Below, one piece after another: positions 9,104 to 17,930 of a stretch of 64,000 bases of DNA (position 1 is its first letter; every line of letters starts with the position of its first letter). The notes under the pieces were generated by a model, which was given only the letters and a program-made list of their open reading frames with translations, was not told the origin of the DNA and ran no database searches. The position numbers and the translations under genes are program-made. Source of the DNA: an uncultured bacterium (GTDB lineage: Bacteria; CSSED10-310; CAZUFC01); the NCBI GenBank assembly GCA_964619725.1, contig CAZUFC010000010.1:6277-70276 (forward strand), given 5' to 3'.

Positions 9104-9871
9104 GTAACAACGACCGCCCCGATCGGAAGGGGATTGCGACTCTTCACGGTGATGGTATCCGCCCACGACTTGCCATGTAACAACGACCGCCCCGATCGGA
9201 AGGGGATTGCGACTCAGCCCATTGATCTTCATCAGATGAGCCACGGTCAGTAACAACGACCGCCCCGATCGGAAGGGGATTGCGACCCGACACCTGGGTC
9301 TGAGACTGAGTCGTGAAGAAGGTAACAACGACCGCCCCGATCGGAAGGGGATTGCGACACTACTCCTTCGGGTCGGGTCAGACAGGTAGCCAAGGTAACA
9401 ACGACCGCCCCGATCGGAAGGGGATTGCGACTCTTCCCTGCCCGCTAAAACTTTATATGGGAATGAGTAACAACGACCGCCCCGATCGGAAGGGGATTGC
9501 GACTCATCTGGGCATGCTCTGTTTGGGTGACGAAAATGAGTAACAACGACCGCCCCGATCGGAAGGGGATTGCGACGTTCTCGAGGGGACGCTGTAAGCT
9601 CCTAGGCACAGGGTAACAACGACCGCCCCGATCGGAAGGGGATTGCGACAGTCCTTGGGCTCCTTCGCCCTTGCACATCACCTCAAGTAACAACGACCGC
9701 CCCGATCGGAAGGGGATTGCGACAGTGCTTGGGCTCCTTCGCCCTTGCACATCACCTCAAGTAACAACGACCGCCCCGATCGGAAGGGGATTGCGACAGT
9801 GCTCGTACCATGGCTTCGGGTTTAGGGCTTTCTGGTAACAACGACCGCCCCGATCGGAAGGGGATTGTGAC
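9104..9871 (+). CRISPR. CRISPR array: 11 repeats (37 bp, GTAACAACGACCGCCCCGATCGGAAGGGGATTGCGAC), 10 spacers of 35-37 bp
   Basis: Repeats start at 9104, 9177, 9250, 9322, 9395, 9467, 9540, 9613, 9687, 9761, 9835. CCCC/GGGG stem and 8-nt handle ATTGCGAC. The last repeat is degenerate (ATTGTGAC), supporting + orientation. Confidence 0.99.
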
Positions 9872-9982
9872 TCTAATATTGCCTGGGAAACCTTTGCTTT
9901 TTGGCCATTCAAAACGACGACCCAACTGGGAAGAGTGGACGATCAAATGAGGTTTTAGAATATGTGCCGGAAAAAAATCGTC

Positions 9983-10167
9983 GTCATTGATCAAAAAATC
10001 GGCTTTTGAGGTTACAATTCTACAGAACCCTGCATCATTTTATTTCGATTTTGCTCCCGATTGCGAACCCGACCCCGATACCGATTCCGATACCGACCCC
10101 GATACCGATTACTAAAAAAAACTGTCAAAGGTTTTGAAAGAAGTGTAACCACGATTTGTATCGATCC
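9983..10167 (+). mobile_element. Degenerate family A2 MITE
   Basis: GTCATTGATCAAAA..CTTTTGAGGTTACAATT..hexamer repeats (GATACC/GACCCC)..AAACTGTCAAAGGTTTTGAAAGAAGTGTAACC; matches 12605-12757. Confidence 0.7.
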
Positions 10168-10179
10168 AAAAATCTCTTA

Positions 10180-10278
10180 AGCTCCGAAGGAGCGGTGTAC
10201 GAAAGCCCAGGGTTAAGCGAAGCGAAGCGGAGCGCAACCCTGGGTCAGACAAGAAAAAATGAAAGCTCTGAAGGAGCG
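10180..10278 (+). repeat. Single arm of the triple-hairpin REP-like element
   Basis: Homologous to 5514-5603, with compensatory stem changes (GCTCC-GAA-GGAGC; CCCAGGGTT..AACCCTGGG). Confidence 0.8.
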
Positions 10279-10579
10279 CAGTAAATTCCCGCCCAGGCGG
10301 CTATAATAAAGTAAGGGGATGCAAAGCTTTTCGGAAATAATCCGAATCAGTTCGGCGCTGGATCGTCACCTCGAAATGTGCGCTTTTGATCAATGCCTCG
10401 ATTACGATTACGCGCACGAGAACATGAACGAATTGCCCGCCATAACAAGCTTCACCTGGCCCGATACTGGCCAAAATGAAATCCAGGAAATGAAATTCCG
10501 GGGCGCCGTGCTGAACGAAGAAGTGAACGATATCGGGTCGATTACGCTGTGATTGAATTCGTGTTGGGTCCTTGATGCG

Positions 10580-10638
10580 AAGGGACAAAGGGACGAAGGG
10601 ACCAAAGGGACCTAAGGGACCTAAGGGACATAAGGGAC
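10580..10638 (+). repeat. Tandem AAGGGAC x7, 8-9 bp period
   Basis: Copies at 10580, 10588, 10596, 10605, 10614, 10623, 10632. Confidence 0.9.
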
Positions 10639-10834
10639 GCCTGGATTTTAATATCGTTTTTAGTAACAAAACCTTCATCTGAAAATTAACCCTCTCGAAA
10701 AGAAACTGAATTTTGTGACTGATTGGACTCAGATTACATTTGACTCAAAAAATCGGCATATGAAATCCCCTTTAATCAAAGCTGACTATTACACGCTGTT
10801 GACACAATAATGTTGACTCCGAAAGGGTCCTTAC

Positions 10835-11116
10835 GGGACTGATCAATCGTGCTCGTAATCGTAATCGACGATCGATTCGACTGATTGCCCTGCTTTGCTT
10901 TCAAACGACTGTCCAGATCAGACGAATGTTTCGATTACGATTACCGCTGCACTGAGCACGAGCACGAAGGATTCAAACCTGGAAATTGTATCCCTGACAT
11001 GGCCGTTTTTGATCAACGCCCTTTTTGTTTCAATTTCTATACCGATACCGATCCAGATTACTTGAACAAACTGTCAAAAGACTTGAAAAAAGTGTAACCC
11101 CTGTTTGATCAGTCCC
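10835..11116 (+). mobile_element. Internally deleted family A1 MITE (10835-11020) followed by the right half of a family A2 MITE (to 11116)
   Basis: GGGACTGATCAA...TTTTGATCAACGCC with A1 body, then A2 body ending GTTTGATCAGTCCC. Confidence 0.75.
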
Positions 11117-11142
11117 CGGGAATTTATTTTTTATTTTCTGGC

Positions 11143-12435
11143 CTACCGGATATAGATCACGTATCGCCATCCCGGGTTTTGTATTTCGGGGGTATTGCCT
11201 GCGAGGCAGCATGTCGTTTTATTCCAGTTGCAGTAATGTCCGTAAATGGTGTTGTTTCTGTCGTATCCCCATAGAATCTGTTGTCCTGTCCATCCTATCC
11301 CCACGTGGGGATAACTCGGATTATTGCCGGTGTATACGTCCAGGTCGGTGTCCTGCGGCTGCAGATGCATGTTCGCTATTAATTCATTGGCTCCGCAATA
11401 TCCGTCAATGTAACATTCGCCGGTTAATCCTGTCGGCTGGTCATATTCTCCCCAGCGGGTCACGTCGGACTCTTCCGCCGGCGCCCACCCGTAAATCACC
11501 TCATGGTAATTATTCAACGGAATATTCAACGTATGAATTGCTGTGCAGTCGTCGCCCGGCATCACCGGGGCTTCCATATTTTCATTTACTATTAATGAAG
11601 AATGCATGCGCGCCGCGCCTTCGTCATTCTCCGGCAGTTCGCTCTGCGTAATATTATATACCGCCAGCCATCCTCCGCCCTCAAAAGTCATTTCGCAGTA
11701 AACCTCAATCGGCGGATTCCCGAACGGTCCGTCAGGGTCGATTAAGTAAATGCCGTCTCCTGCGCCCGGATCGTTCAGTTTATACTCCAGGCAGCTCAGG
11801 CAGGGCGTCGCCGTGGGGCTGTCGGTAGGAGTCACGGTCGGCGTTTCCGTTGGAGCCGATGTCGGCGTTTCCGTCGGTTCCATCGTAGCGGTTAATGTGG
11901 GCGTGGGCGTCTCTATGGGATATAACGTTATGTCGGTCAGAGCGTTTACTCCATCTTGTATGCTCACCGAGGCAATATGCTCAGGATAATACCCCGCTGC
12001 CGAAGCATCCAGGCTGTAATTTCCCGGTTCCACTCCGTCGAATTCATACTCACCCAGACTGTTGGTGATCGCCGTATGAGTCGTCACGGCATAAACTATG
12101 GCTCCCGCTCCGCAACCGAAAAACATTACCGCCATAATCATCGCCTTTTGATTTCGCTTTCTGAAAAAGTAGAATCCCCATCCCGCCAAAAGTAAAAACA
12201 AGCCTGCGGCGCCGGCTGCAGGCACAGGCGGTAAGGGCTCCAGTTCAACGGTTATTCCCGCATGATCGGAAGCGCCGTGCTTGTATGCATGCCCTTCCAC
12301 AAAAGCCGCATGGGTTCCTGCTGCAATGAAAAACGCCAGCATTCCCGCTATTATGCCGAATTTTACTCCCTCCCGGACCGACTCATTCGATTTCCTTAAC
12401 GCCCTCAACCCCGACGACAATATTTTGAATTTCAT
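11143..12435 (-). CDS. Exported protein: signal peptide, carboxypeptidase-regulatory-like domain split by two TM helices, PT linker, fibrinogen-like YCxM..GGGW domain
   Basis: TNSLGEYEFDGVEPGNYSLDASAAGY; PTPT linker; SCLEY..GDGIYLIDPDG..VYCEMTFEGGGW. Confidence 0.75.
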   Translation of the reverse strand: MKFKILSSGLRALRKSNESVREGVKFGIIAGMLAFFIAAGTHAAFVEGHAYKHGASDHAGITVELEPLPPVPAAGAAGLFLLLAGWGFYFFRKRNQKAMIMAVMFFGCGAGAIVYAVTTHTAITNSLGEYEFDGVEPGNYSLDASAAGYYPEHIASVSIQDGVNALTDITLYPIETPTPTLTATMEPTETPTSAPTETPTVTPTDSPTATPCLSCLEYKLNDPGAGDGIYLIDPDGPFGNPPIEVYCEMTFEGGGWLAVYNITQSELPENDEGAARMHSSLIVNENMEAPVMPGDDCTAIHTLNIPLNNYHEVIYGWAPAEESDVTRWGEYDQPTGLTGECYIDGYCGANELIANMHLQPQDTDLDVYTGNNPSYPHVGIGWTGQQILWGYDRNNTIYGHYCNWNKTTCCLAGNTPEIQNPGWRYVIYIR

Positions 12436-12604
12436 TCCTTGACTCCCTTGTTTTCCTATTTGGCTTCATTTCTGATTAACCGGCTGCGCTTCCCCGGTTC
12501 AAGACTTAACTCCCCTGCCGGTAAGCAATCATCATGTTAATGAAAACAACTTGAAATTCAAATTGCGGTCCCTGTTTTTTCCGAACCGGAAAATTATGAA
12601 TTTT

Positions 12605-12757
12605 GGCATTGATCAAAAATGGGTCTTTTGAGGTTACAATTATCCCGAATTTCTCCCTTTAGTTTCGATTGCGATTGCGATACCGACCCCGACCCCGATT
12701 ACTGAAACAAACTGTCGAAAGTTTTGAAAAAAATGTAACCCCGGTTTGATCAGTCCC
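12605..12757 (+). mobile_element. 153-bp family A2 MITE with perfect 8-bp target-site duplication
   Basis: TGAATTTT | GGCATTGATCAAA...GTTTGATCAGTCCC | TGAATTTT. Confidence 0.88.
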
Positions 12758-12837
12758 TGAATTTTCATTCATTCAGGATATTCCATGAAATTATGTCATC
12801 GGTTACGTCGACAAACTCCCCGCTTCTCCCTTCTTAT

Positions 12838-12870
12838 GTCCGCACTGTCCGCCAGGTCCGCATCGTCCGC
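12838..12870 (+). repeat. Tandem GTCCGC x4, 9-bp period
   Basis: Copies at 12838, 12847, 12856, 12865. Confidence 0.75.
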
Positions 12871-12887
12871 TTAATAAAGTCCAAAAC

Positions 12888-12924
12888 AAAAAAAAGCGCC
12901 GTGACCTTTTTTCATTCACGGCGC
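12888..12924 (-). terminator. Rho-independent terminator of the xdh-family operon
   Basis: GCGCCGTGA/TCACGGCGC stem followed by a T-run on the minus strand, just after the 12948 stop. Confidence 0.7.
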
Positions 12925-12947
12925 CTGTTTTGAATTTTATGGTGAAT

Positions 12948-15284
12948 TTACTCTTTTTTTTCTTTTTCTTTAATGGCCTGAAGCACTCTTTCCGGAGTAA
13001 ACGGGGATTTAGTCAGCCGGACGCCGACGGCATTGTATACGGCGTTGGATATCACCGGCAGCGCTCCGTTTATGCTTATTTCCGAAACGCTTTTGGCTCC
13101 GTATGGTCCAGTGGGCTCGTAACTCGGAATCAGGATAACTTTCAGTTCCGGCAGGTCCGTGATGTTCGGTATTTTATAATCGCCCAGGTTGGCGTTCATC
13201 ATTTTGCCTTTTTCATCATAAAGATATTCTTCGGTCAGGGCGAACCCCAGTCCGTTCACTACGGCGCCTTCAGTCTGTCCTTCGGCCAGCTTGGGATTAA
13301 TAGCGGTCCCGCAATCCACGGCCGCCACGTATTGCAGGACTTTTATCTGCCCGGTTTTTTCATCCACGGCCACTTCCGCGAAATGAGCGGCGAAAGGCGG
13401 GGGCGATTTATGGGAGACATCGGAAGCCTGCGCCATGATCTGAAACTGGTCCTGCTCGTAAAGAGCGTACTGGGCTATTTTATCGAAACCTACGGACTTG
13501 CCCGGATCATTTTTGCTTACGACCTTTTTATCTTTAATTTCCAGACTGTTCTCCGGCATTTTCAGCATACGGGCAGCGGTTTCTTTTATCACGGCGGCAA
13601 TTTTTTCAGCGGCTTTTCGTACTGCATTGCCTGAAAGGTAGGTGGTGGATGAAGCGTAAGCGCCCACGTCGAACGGGGTCAGGTCCGTGTCTGACGAATA
13701 CACCAGTATATCGTCAGTATTTACCGTCAATGTTTCCGCTGCTATCTGAGCCAGTATGGTATCGCTTCCCGTTCCCAGGTCTGTGGCTCCTACCAGTAAA
13801 TTAAAAGAACCGTCATCGTTGATTTTTATCGTTGCGGAAGCCATGTCGATTTCCGGGATACTGGAACCCTGCATCAGGCATGTCATGCCGACTCCGTGCA
13901 CCCAGGAGCCCTTCCTTGTATTCTTTCTCCGTTTTTCCTGCCACCAGATGGCTTCGGCGCCTTCATCCAGGCATCTCTCCAGCTCGCAGGAATCAATCGT
14001 CATTTCGATGCCTTCCTTGCCTTCGCCCAGTTCCGCGAAAATAGGGGAGGTTTCACCCGGTTTAATCGCATGTTTTTTATAAAATTCAATGGGGTCCATA
14101 CCCATTTTTTCCGCCAGTTCATCCATCATAACGCCTACGGCGAAAGCGGCCTGGGTCGCTCCGTAACCCCGGTAAGCGCCGCCGACAGGCTTGTTCGTGT
14201 ACGCCGTACGGCCCTTGAAATGAACATGCGGGACCTTGTTGAACATGGGCAGGGTTTTGCTGCCTGAATTGCACAGGACCGTCAGCGCATGCGAACCGTA
14301 AGCGCCGCTGTCCATCAATACATTCAAATCTATGCACTTGAACTCGCCGTCTTTATTGTAACCCGTTTTCAACCATATCTTTTCCGCATGTCGGGTTCTT
14401 CCCGCAATAAACACCTCTTCCCTGTCGTACGCCAGCCTTACCGGTCTTCCGGTCCGCAACGTCAGAAACGCACACACATCTTCCACCAGTATCTCCTGCT
14501 TTCCTCCGAATCCGCCGCCTATCCTCGGCTTGATCACCCTTATCTTCTTCACGGGGACCTGCAGACACTGCGCCACTATCCTCCTTACGTGAAAAGGCAC
14601 CTGCGTGCTCGTTCTAATTACGATACGATTCTGCGCATCTATCCAGGATATGGCAATCGGCGGCTCCATCATGCAATGAGAAGACTGATGCGACTCAAAG
14701 ACCCTCTCCAGCACATGATCGCATTCCTTGAAAGCTTCAGCGCCCTGGCCTACGGTTATTTCCACTTCCGCTGCCAGGTTCTTTTTCGGTTCATACGGCA
14801 CGGGAATAACCGCGCGGGCATCTTCCTCGTCATGAATAATCGGAGCGCCCGGTTTCAAAGCTTCTTCAGAATCGAATACCGCCGGAAGCATCTCATAATC
14901 GACTTCTATCAGTCCCAACGCTTCCTCTGCTGCTTCTTCAGTTTCAGCAGCCACGACGGCCACCCTGTCGCCGACGAATCTCACCTTGTCGTCCAGAACA
15001 GCGCAATCATAAGGAGATGGTTCGGGAAAGCCCTGTCCGGCAGTGGTATGCAAAACCCTGGGCACATTCTTGTGGGTTAAGACGCATGCCACGCCTTCTA
15101 ATTCTTCAGCTTTCGAAACGTCTATATTTTTAATCCTTGCATGAGCGTGCGGACTTTTCAATATTTTCCCGTGGAGCATATTATGCATATACAGGTCATC
15201 GGTAAATTCGCTTCTGCCGCAAGCCAGGCCCAACGAATCCACTTTTAAAACCGATTTGCCTACTTGATGAAATTTATTCGACAT
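12948..15284 (-). CDS. Xanthine dehydrogenase-family molybdopterin-binding subunit
   Basis: SPHAHARI, IGGGFGGKQE, AYRGYGATQ, ATDLGTGS, AYASS, EGQTEG, GPYGAKSVSE. Confidence 0.93.
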   Translation of the reverse strand: MSNKFHQVGKSVLKVDSLGLACGRSEFTDDLYMHNMLHGKILKSPHAHARIKNIDVSKAEELEGVACVLTHKNVPRVLHTTAGQGFPEPSPYDCAVLDDKVRFVGDRVAVVAAETEEAAEEALGLIEVDYEMLPAVFDSEEALKPGAPIIHDEEDARAVIPVPYEPKKNLAAEVEITVGQGAEAFKECDHVLERVFESHQSSHCMMEPPIAISWIDAQNRIVIRTSTQVPFHVRRIVAQCLQVPVKKIRVIKPRIGGGFGGKQEILVEDVCAFLTLRTGRPVRLAYDREEVFIAGRTRHAEKIWLKTGYNKDGEFKCIDLNVLMDSGAYGSHALTVLCNSGSKTLPMFNKVPHVHFKGRTAYTNKPVGGAYRGYGATQAAFAVGVMMDELAEKMGMDPIEFYKKHAIKPGETSPIFAELGEGKEGIEMTIDSCELERCLDEGAEAIWWQEKRRKNTRKGSWVHGVGMTCLMQGSSIPEIDMASATIKINDDGSFNLLVGATDLGTGSDTILAQIAAETLTVNTDDILVYSSDTDLTPFDVGAYASSTTYLSGNAVRKAAEKIAAVIKETAARMLKMPENSLEIKDKKVVSKNDPGKSVGFDKIAQYALYEQDQFQIMAQASDVSHKSPPPFAAHFAEVAVDEKTGQIKVLQYVAAVDCGTAINPKLAEGQTEGAVVNGLGFALTEEYLYDEKGKMMNANLGDYKIPNITDLPELKVILIPSYEPTGPYGAKSVSEISINGALPVISNAVYNAVGVRLTKSPFTPERVLQAIKEKEKKE

Positions 15285-15756
15285 GCGTTCGGCCCTCCTT
15301 CTTCATAACTTGCAGCGCTTTTCTGACCGCATTCATTTTTTTAACGTATCCGGTGCAGCGACAAAGATTGCCGTCCAGCGCCTTTTTTATCTGTTCGTCC
15401 GTCGGGTCCATATTCTTCAGCAATAAGGCGTAAACCGACATGATCGATCCGGGCGTCGAATAACCGCATTGTACCGCTCCTTCCTCGGCAAAAGCCCTCT
15501 GCAGAGGATGGGGAGCTTCCGGCGTTCCTATTCCTTCTATGGTGGTTATTTTCTTTCCGTCGGCCCTGGCTGCGGGAACCAGGCATGAATTGACGGCACG
15601 ATCGTTCATTACGACGACGCAGGCGCCGCAATCGCCTTCCTTGCATCCCTGCTTCACGCCGTAGTATCCGAGACGCCTTAAAACTTCCAGCAGACTCTCA
15701 CCGGGTTCTATCTCCGTATTTTTTGTTTTTCCGTTAATAACCATCTCTATCTGCAT
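15274..15756 (-). CDS. 2Fe-2S subunit of the xanthine dehydrogenase-family enzyme
   Basis: GCKEGDCGAC..NSC, ITTIEG, QCGYSTPG, GNLCRCTGY; start taken at MQIEMV (15756). Confidence 0.93.
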   Translation of the reverse strand: MQIEMVINGKTKNTEIEPGESLLEVLRRLGYYGVKQGCKEGDCGACVVVMNDRAVNSCLVPAARADGKKITTIEGIGTPEAPHPLQRAFAEEGAVQCGYSTPGSIMSVYALLLKNMDPTDEQIKKALDGNLCRCTGYVKKMNAVRKALQVMKKEGRTHVE

Positions 15757-15757
15757 T

Positions 15758-16627
15758 TCATTCCCCCGATTTCTCCGGTTCATTGTAAAATTTTTCCTGT
15801 AATACTCGTTTTAAAATCGCTTCTGATGCTTCCAATTTCCATTCTTTTGAAACCCTGATATCGGCAATGGGTTTAACCGTTTCAAGACCTTTCGCTGCAG
15901 CTTCGTCAATCAGTGTTTCAGTGAGCTTTTTTCCTTCCAGCATCTTTTCCGTCTCCGTCAAACGTTCCGGCAAGGCGGAAATGCCGCTGACAGCGATACG
16001 CACATCCCGGCAATTACCGTCATCCAGGTTCATGGCTGCGGCAATATCGAAAAAGTTATAGTCAAATGTGCTTCTGGCGTATTTGACGAAAGCGCCTTTA
16101 CATTTTTTTCTGTTTTTCGGGAACCTTATCCTGGTCAGAAGATGCTCATGCCCCAATCTTTTGCGGGGATGCTCGGAAAACCAATCCACAGCCTTAATCC
16201 ATCGGCTTCCTTCCCCGTCAATTTGAAATTCGGCATCCATAACCAGCAAGGCTGCAGGCGTGTCGCTCCATCGAAACAAGCCCGCGGTGTTGCCTCCTAT
16301 CGTAATCACGTTTCGAAGCGGCGTGGAAGCGAGCGAGGAACAGGCTTTCCTCAGCATTCCGTCAGTCCATTCTCCGGCGAGAGGACTCTCCATCAGTTCG
16401 GTTATCGTCGTCAGGGCGCCTGTTTCGAGATAATCATCCGCCTCCTGGACGTATTTCAAAGGCAAAAATGTCAAATCCATCGCTCCGTCAATCTTTCGCT
16501 GCGTGCGAATCAGCCGTGAAGTCGCGCCGGCCAGGGGAATGAGGCTTCCCTCTTCCCGGCGAAGCAAAGCCAACGCCTCCTTTAAATCACTCACTTTGTA
16601 ATACTCTTTAAGTCCTTTCAGAAGCAT
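15758..16627 (-). CDS. FAD-binding subunit of the xanthine dehydrogenase-family enzyme
   Basis: PLAGAT, GALTT, LRNVITIGGN, SDTPAALL, DIRVSKEWK; operon context. Confidence 0.9.
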   Translation of the reverse strand: MLLKGLKEYYKVSDLKEALALLRREEGSLIPLAGATSRLIRTQRKIDGAMDLTFLPLKYVQEADDYLETGALTTITELMESPLAGEWTDGMLRKACSSLASTPLRNVITIGGNTAGLFRWSDTPAALLVMDAEFQIDGEGSRWIKAVDWFSEHPRKRLGHEHLLTRIRFPKNRKKCKGAFVKYARSTFDYNFFDIAAAMNLDDGNCRDVRIAVSGISALPERLTETEKMLEGKKLTETLIDEAAAKGLETVKPIADIRVSKEWKLEASEAILKRVLQEKFYNEPEKSGE

Positions 16628-16815
16628 AACGTTTCCTTTCTTGAAATTGATTCAATATAACGCTCATTCTTTTGCCTGTCTTTTCATATCCTTATGCATC
16701 CCTTTCGTTCCTTTCGGTTCGTCGCTGCCGATGATTCAGATTAAAAAATTTAACGGCCGCCCGTGAAGCGGCAGGATTAATTCCCGCCCAACGAGAATCA
16801 ACGAACCAGGAAAAC

Positions 16816-17913
16816 TTAGTATTCCTCGGAATCCGAAAAACTGTAACCCTCTTCATTGCGCTTGGACGACAATGAACTGGGATGTTTCACTCTCCTTTTG
16901 GCTTCCTCCAGCGTTATGAGCCCTGCTTTATACAACCGCACGATCGACTCATCCATGGTCATCATTCCGACCGCCCTGTGCGTTTGCATGATGGTATCGG
17001 CCGTATGAGTCTTTCCCTCCCTGATGACGTTGGCTATGGCGACGTTGTTGAGGAGCGTTTCGGCGGCAAGCACGCGTCCTTTGCCGTCGCTCCGGGGAAT
17101 CAGTTGCTGCGCCACTATACCCAGCAATGAAAAAGCCAGTTGTGTTCTTATCTGTTTCTGCTGATGCGACGGATAGACGTCCACGATACGGTCGATGCTC
17201 TGCACAGCATCGTTCGTATGTAAAGTCGTTATGACCAGGTGACCCGTTTCTGCCGCGGTCAAGGTCGTGGATATCGTTTCCAGATCGCGCATCTCGCCTA
17301 CGAATAATACGTCGGGGTCCTGACGCAAGGCGTTTCTCAAAGCCGTTTTGAAATCCTTCGTGTCCGCTCCGACCTCCCGCTGGTCTATGGCGCTCAACTT
17401 GTGCTCATGAATAAACTCTATCGGGTCCTCTATCGTTACAATGTGACAACGCCTCGTCGAATTGATCAAATCCAGCATCGCCGCCTGAGTCGTACTCTTG
17501 CCCTGCCCGGTCGCTCCCGTCACCAATATCAATCCCTGGCGCCTCAGAGCCAGCTTCTTCACTACCGCAGGGGCCCCCAGCTCATCCAAAGTCGGTATGC
17601 GATGCGGCACCACTCGAAAAGCAGCGGCAATATTTCCTTTCTGCATGTATACATTGACCCGGAATCGATAACCCGTTCCCGTCGAAACGCTCAAATCAAG
17701 CTCCTTGTTTAATCCGAATCGCTCGCGCTGCTTCTCGTTCAACAAACCGTAAATCAGCCTCCGGGTGTCCTCGCCCGTGAGCTGTTCGTCGCCCAGTTCC
17801 CGCAAATCCTCATCCACTCTCATCAACGGCGGAATTCCTACCGTCAACAGCAGGTCTGAAGCCTCGTTTTCAATAACCCGTTCAAATAAATATCTGATAT
17901 TATATTCGCTCAT
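16816..17913 (-). CDS. pilT: Type IV pilus retraction ATPase PilT
   Basis: ASDL, RFRVN, Walker A GATGQGKST, TIEDPIE, QREVG, RQDPDVLFVGEMRD, TGHLVITTLHT, AIANVIRE. Confidence 0.9.
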   Translation of the reverse strand: MSEYNIRYLFERVIENEASDLLLTVGIPPLMRVDEDLRELGDEQLTGEDTRRLIYGLLNEKQRERFGLNKELDLSVSTGTGYRFRVNVYMQKGNIAAAFRVVPHRIPTLDELGAPAVVKKLALRRQGLILVTGATGQGKSTTQAAMLDLINSTRRCHIVTIEDPIEFIHEHKLSAIDQREVGADTKDFKTALRNALRQDPDVLFVGEMRDLETISTTLTAAETGHLVITTLHTNDAVQSIDRIVDVYPSHQQKQIRTQLAFSLLGIVAQQLIPRSDGKGRVLAAETLLNNVAIANVIREGKTHTADTIMQTHRAVGMMTMDESIVRLYKAGLITLEEAKRRVKHPSSLSSKRNEEGYSFSDSEEY

Positions 17914-17930
17914 CTCAAATTCTTCCCTCT

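Noticed and set aside
9141-9834. Self-targeting spacers
   Set aside because: No match to the window noticed by eye; not exhaustive, needs BLASTN.
8875-9994. ORFs overlapping the CRISPR leader and array
   Set aside because: They are translations of repeats (recurring SRNPLPIGAVVV, NNDRPDRKGIAT).
10301-11212. Short ORFs with DYDY/EHEH or GPLGP motifs
   Set aside because: The low-complexity peptides come from hexamer and 9-bp repeats; not four-helix-bundle or collagen genes.
16628-16815. Moco or purine riboswitch upstream of the xdh-family operon
   Set aside because: No convincing consensus recognised; would need an Rfam scan.
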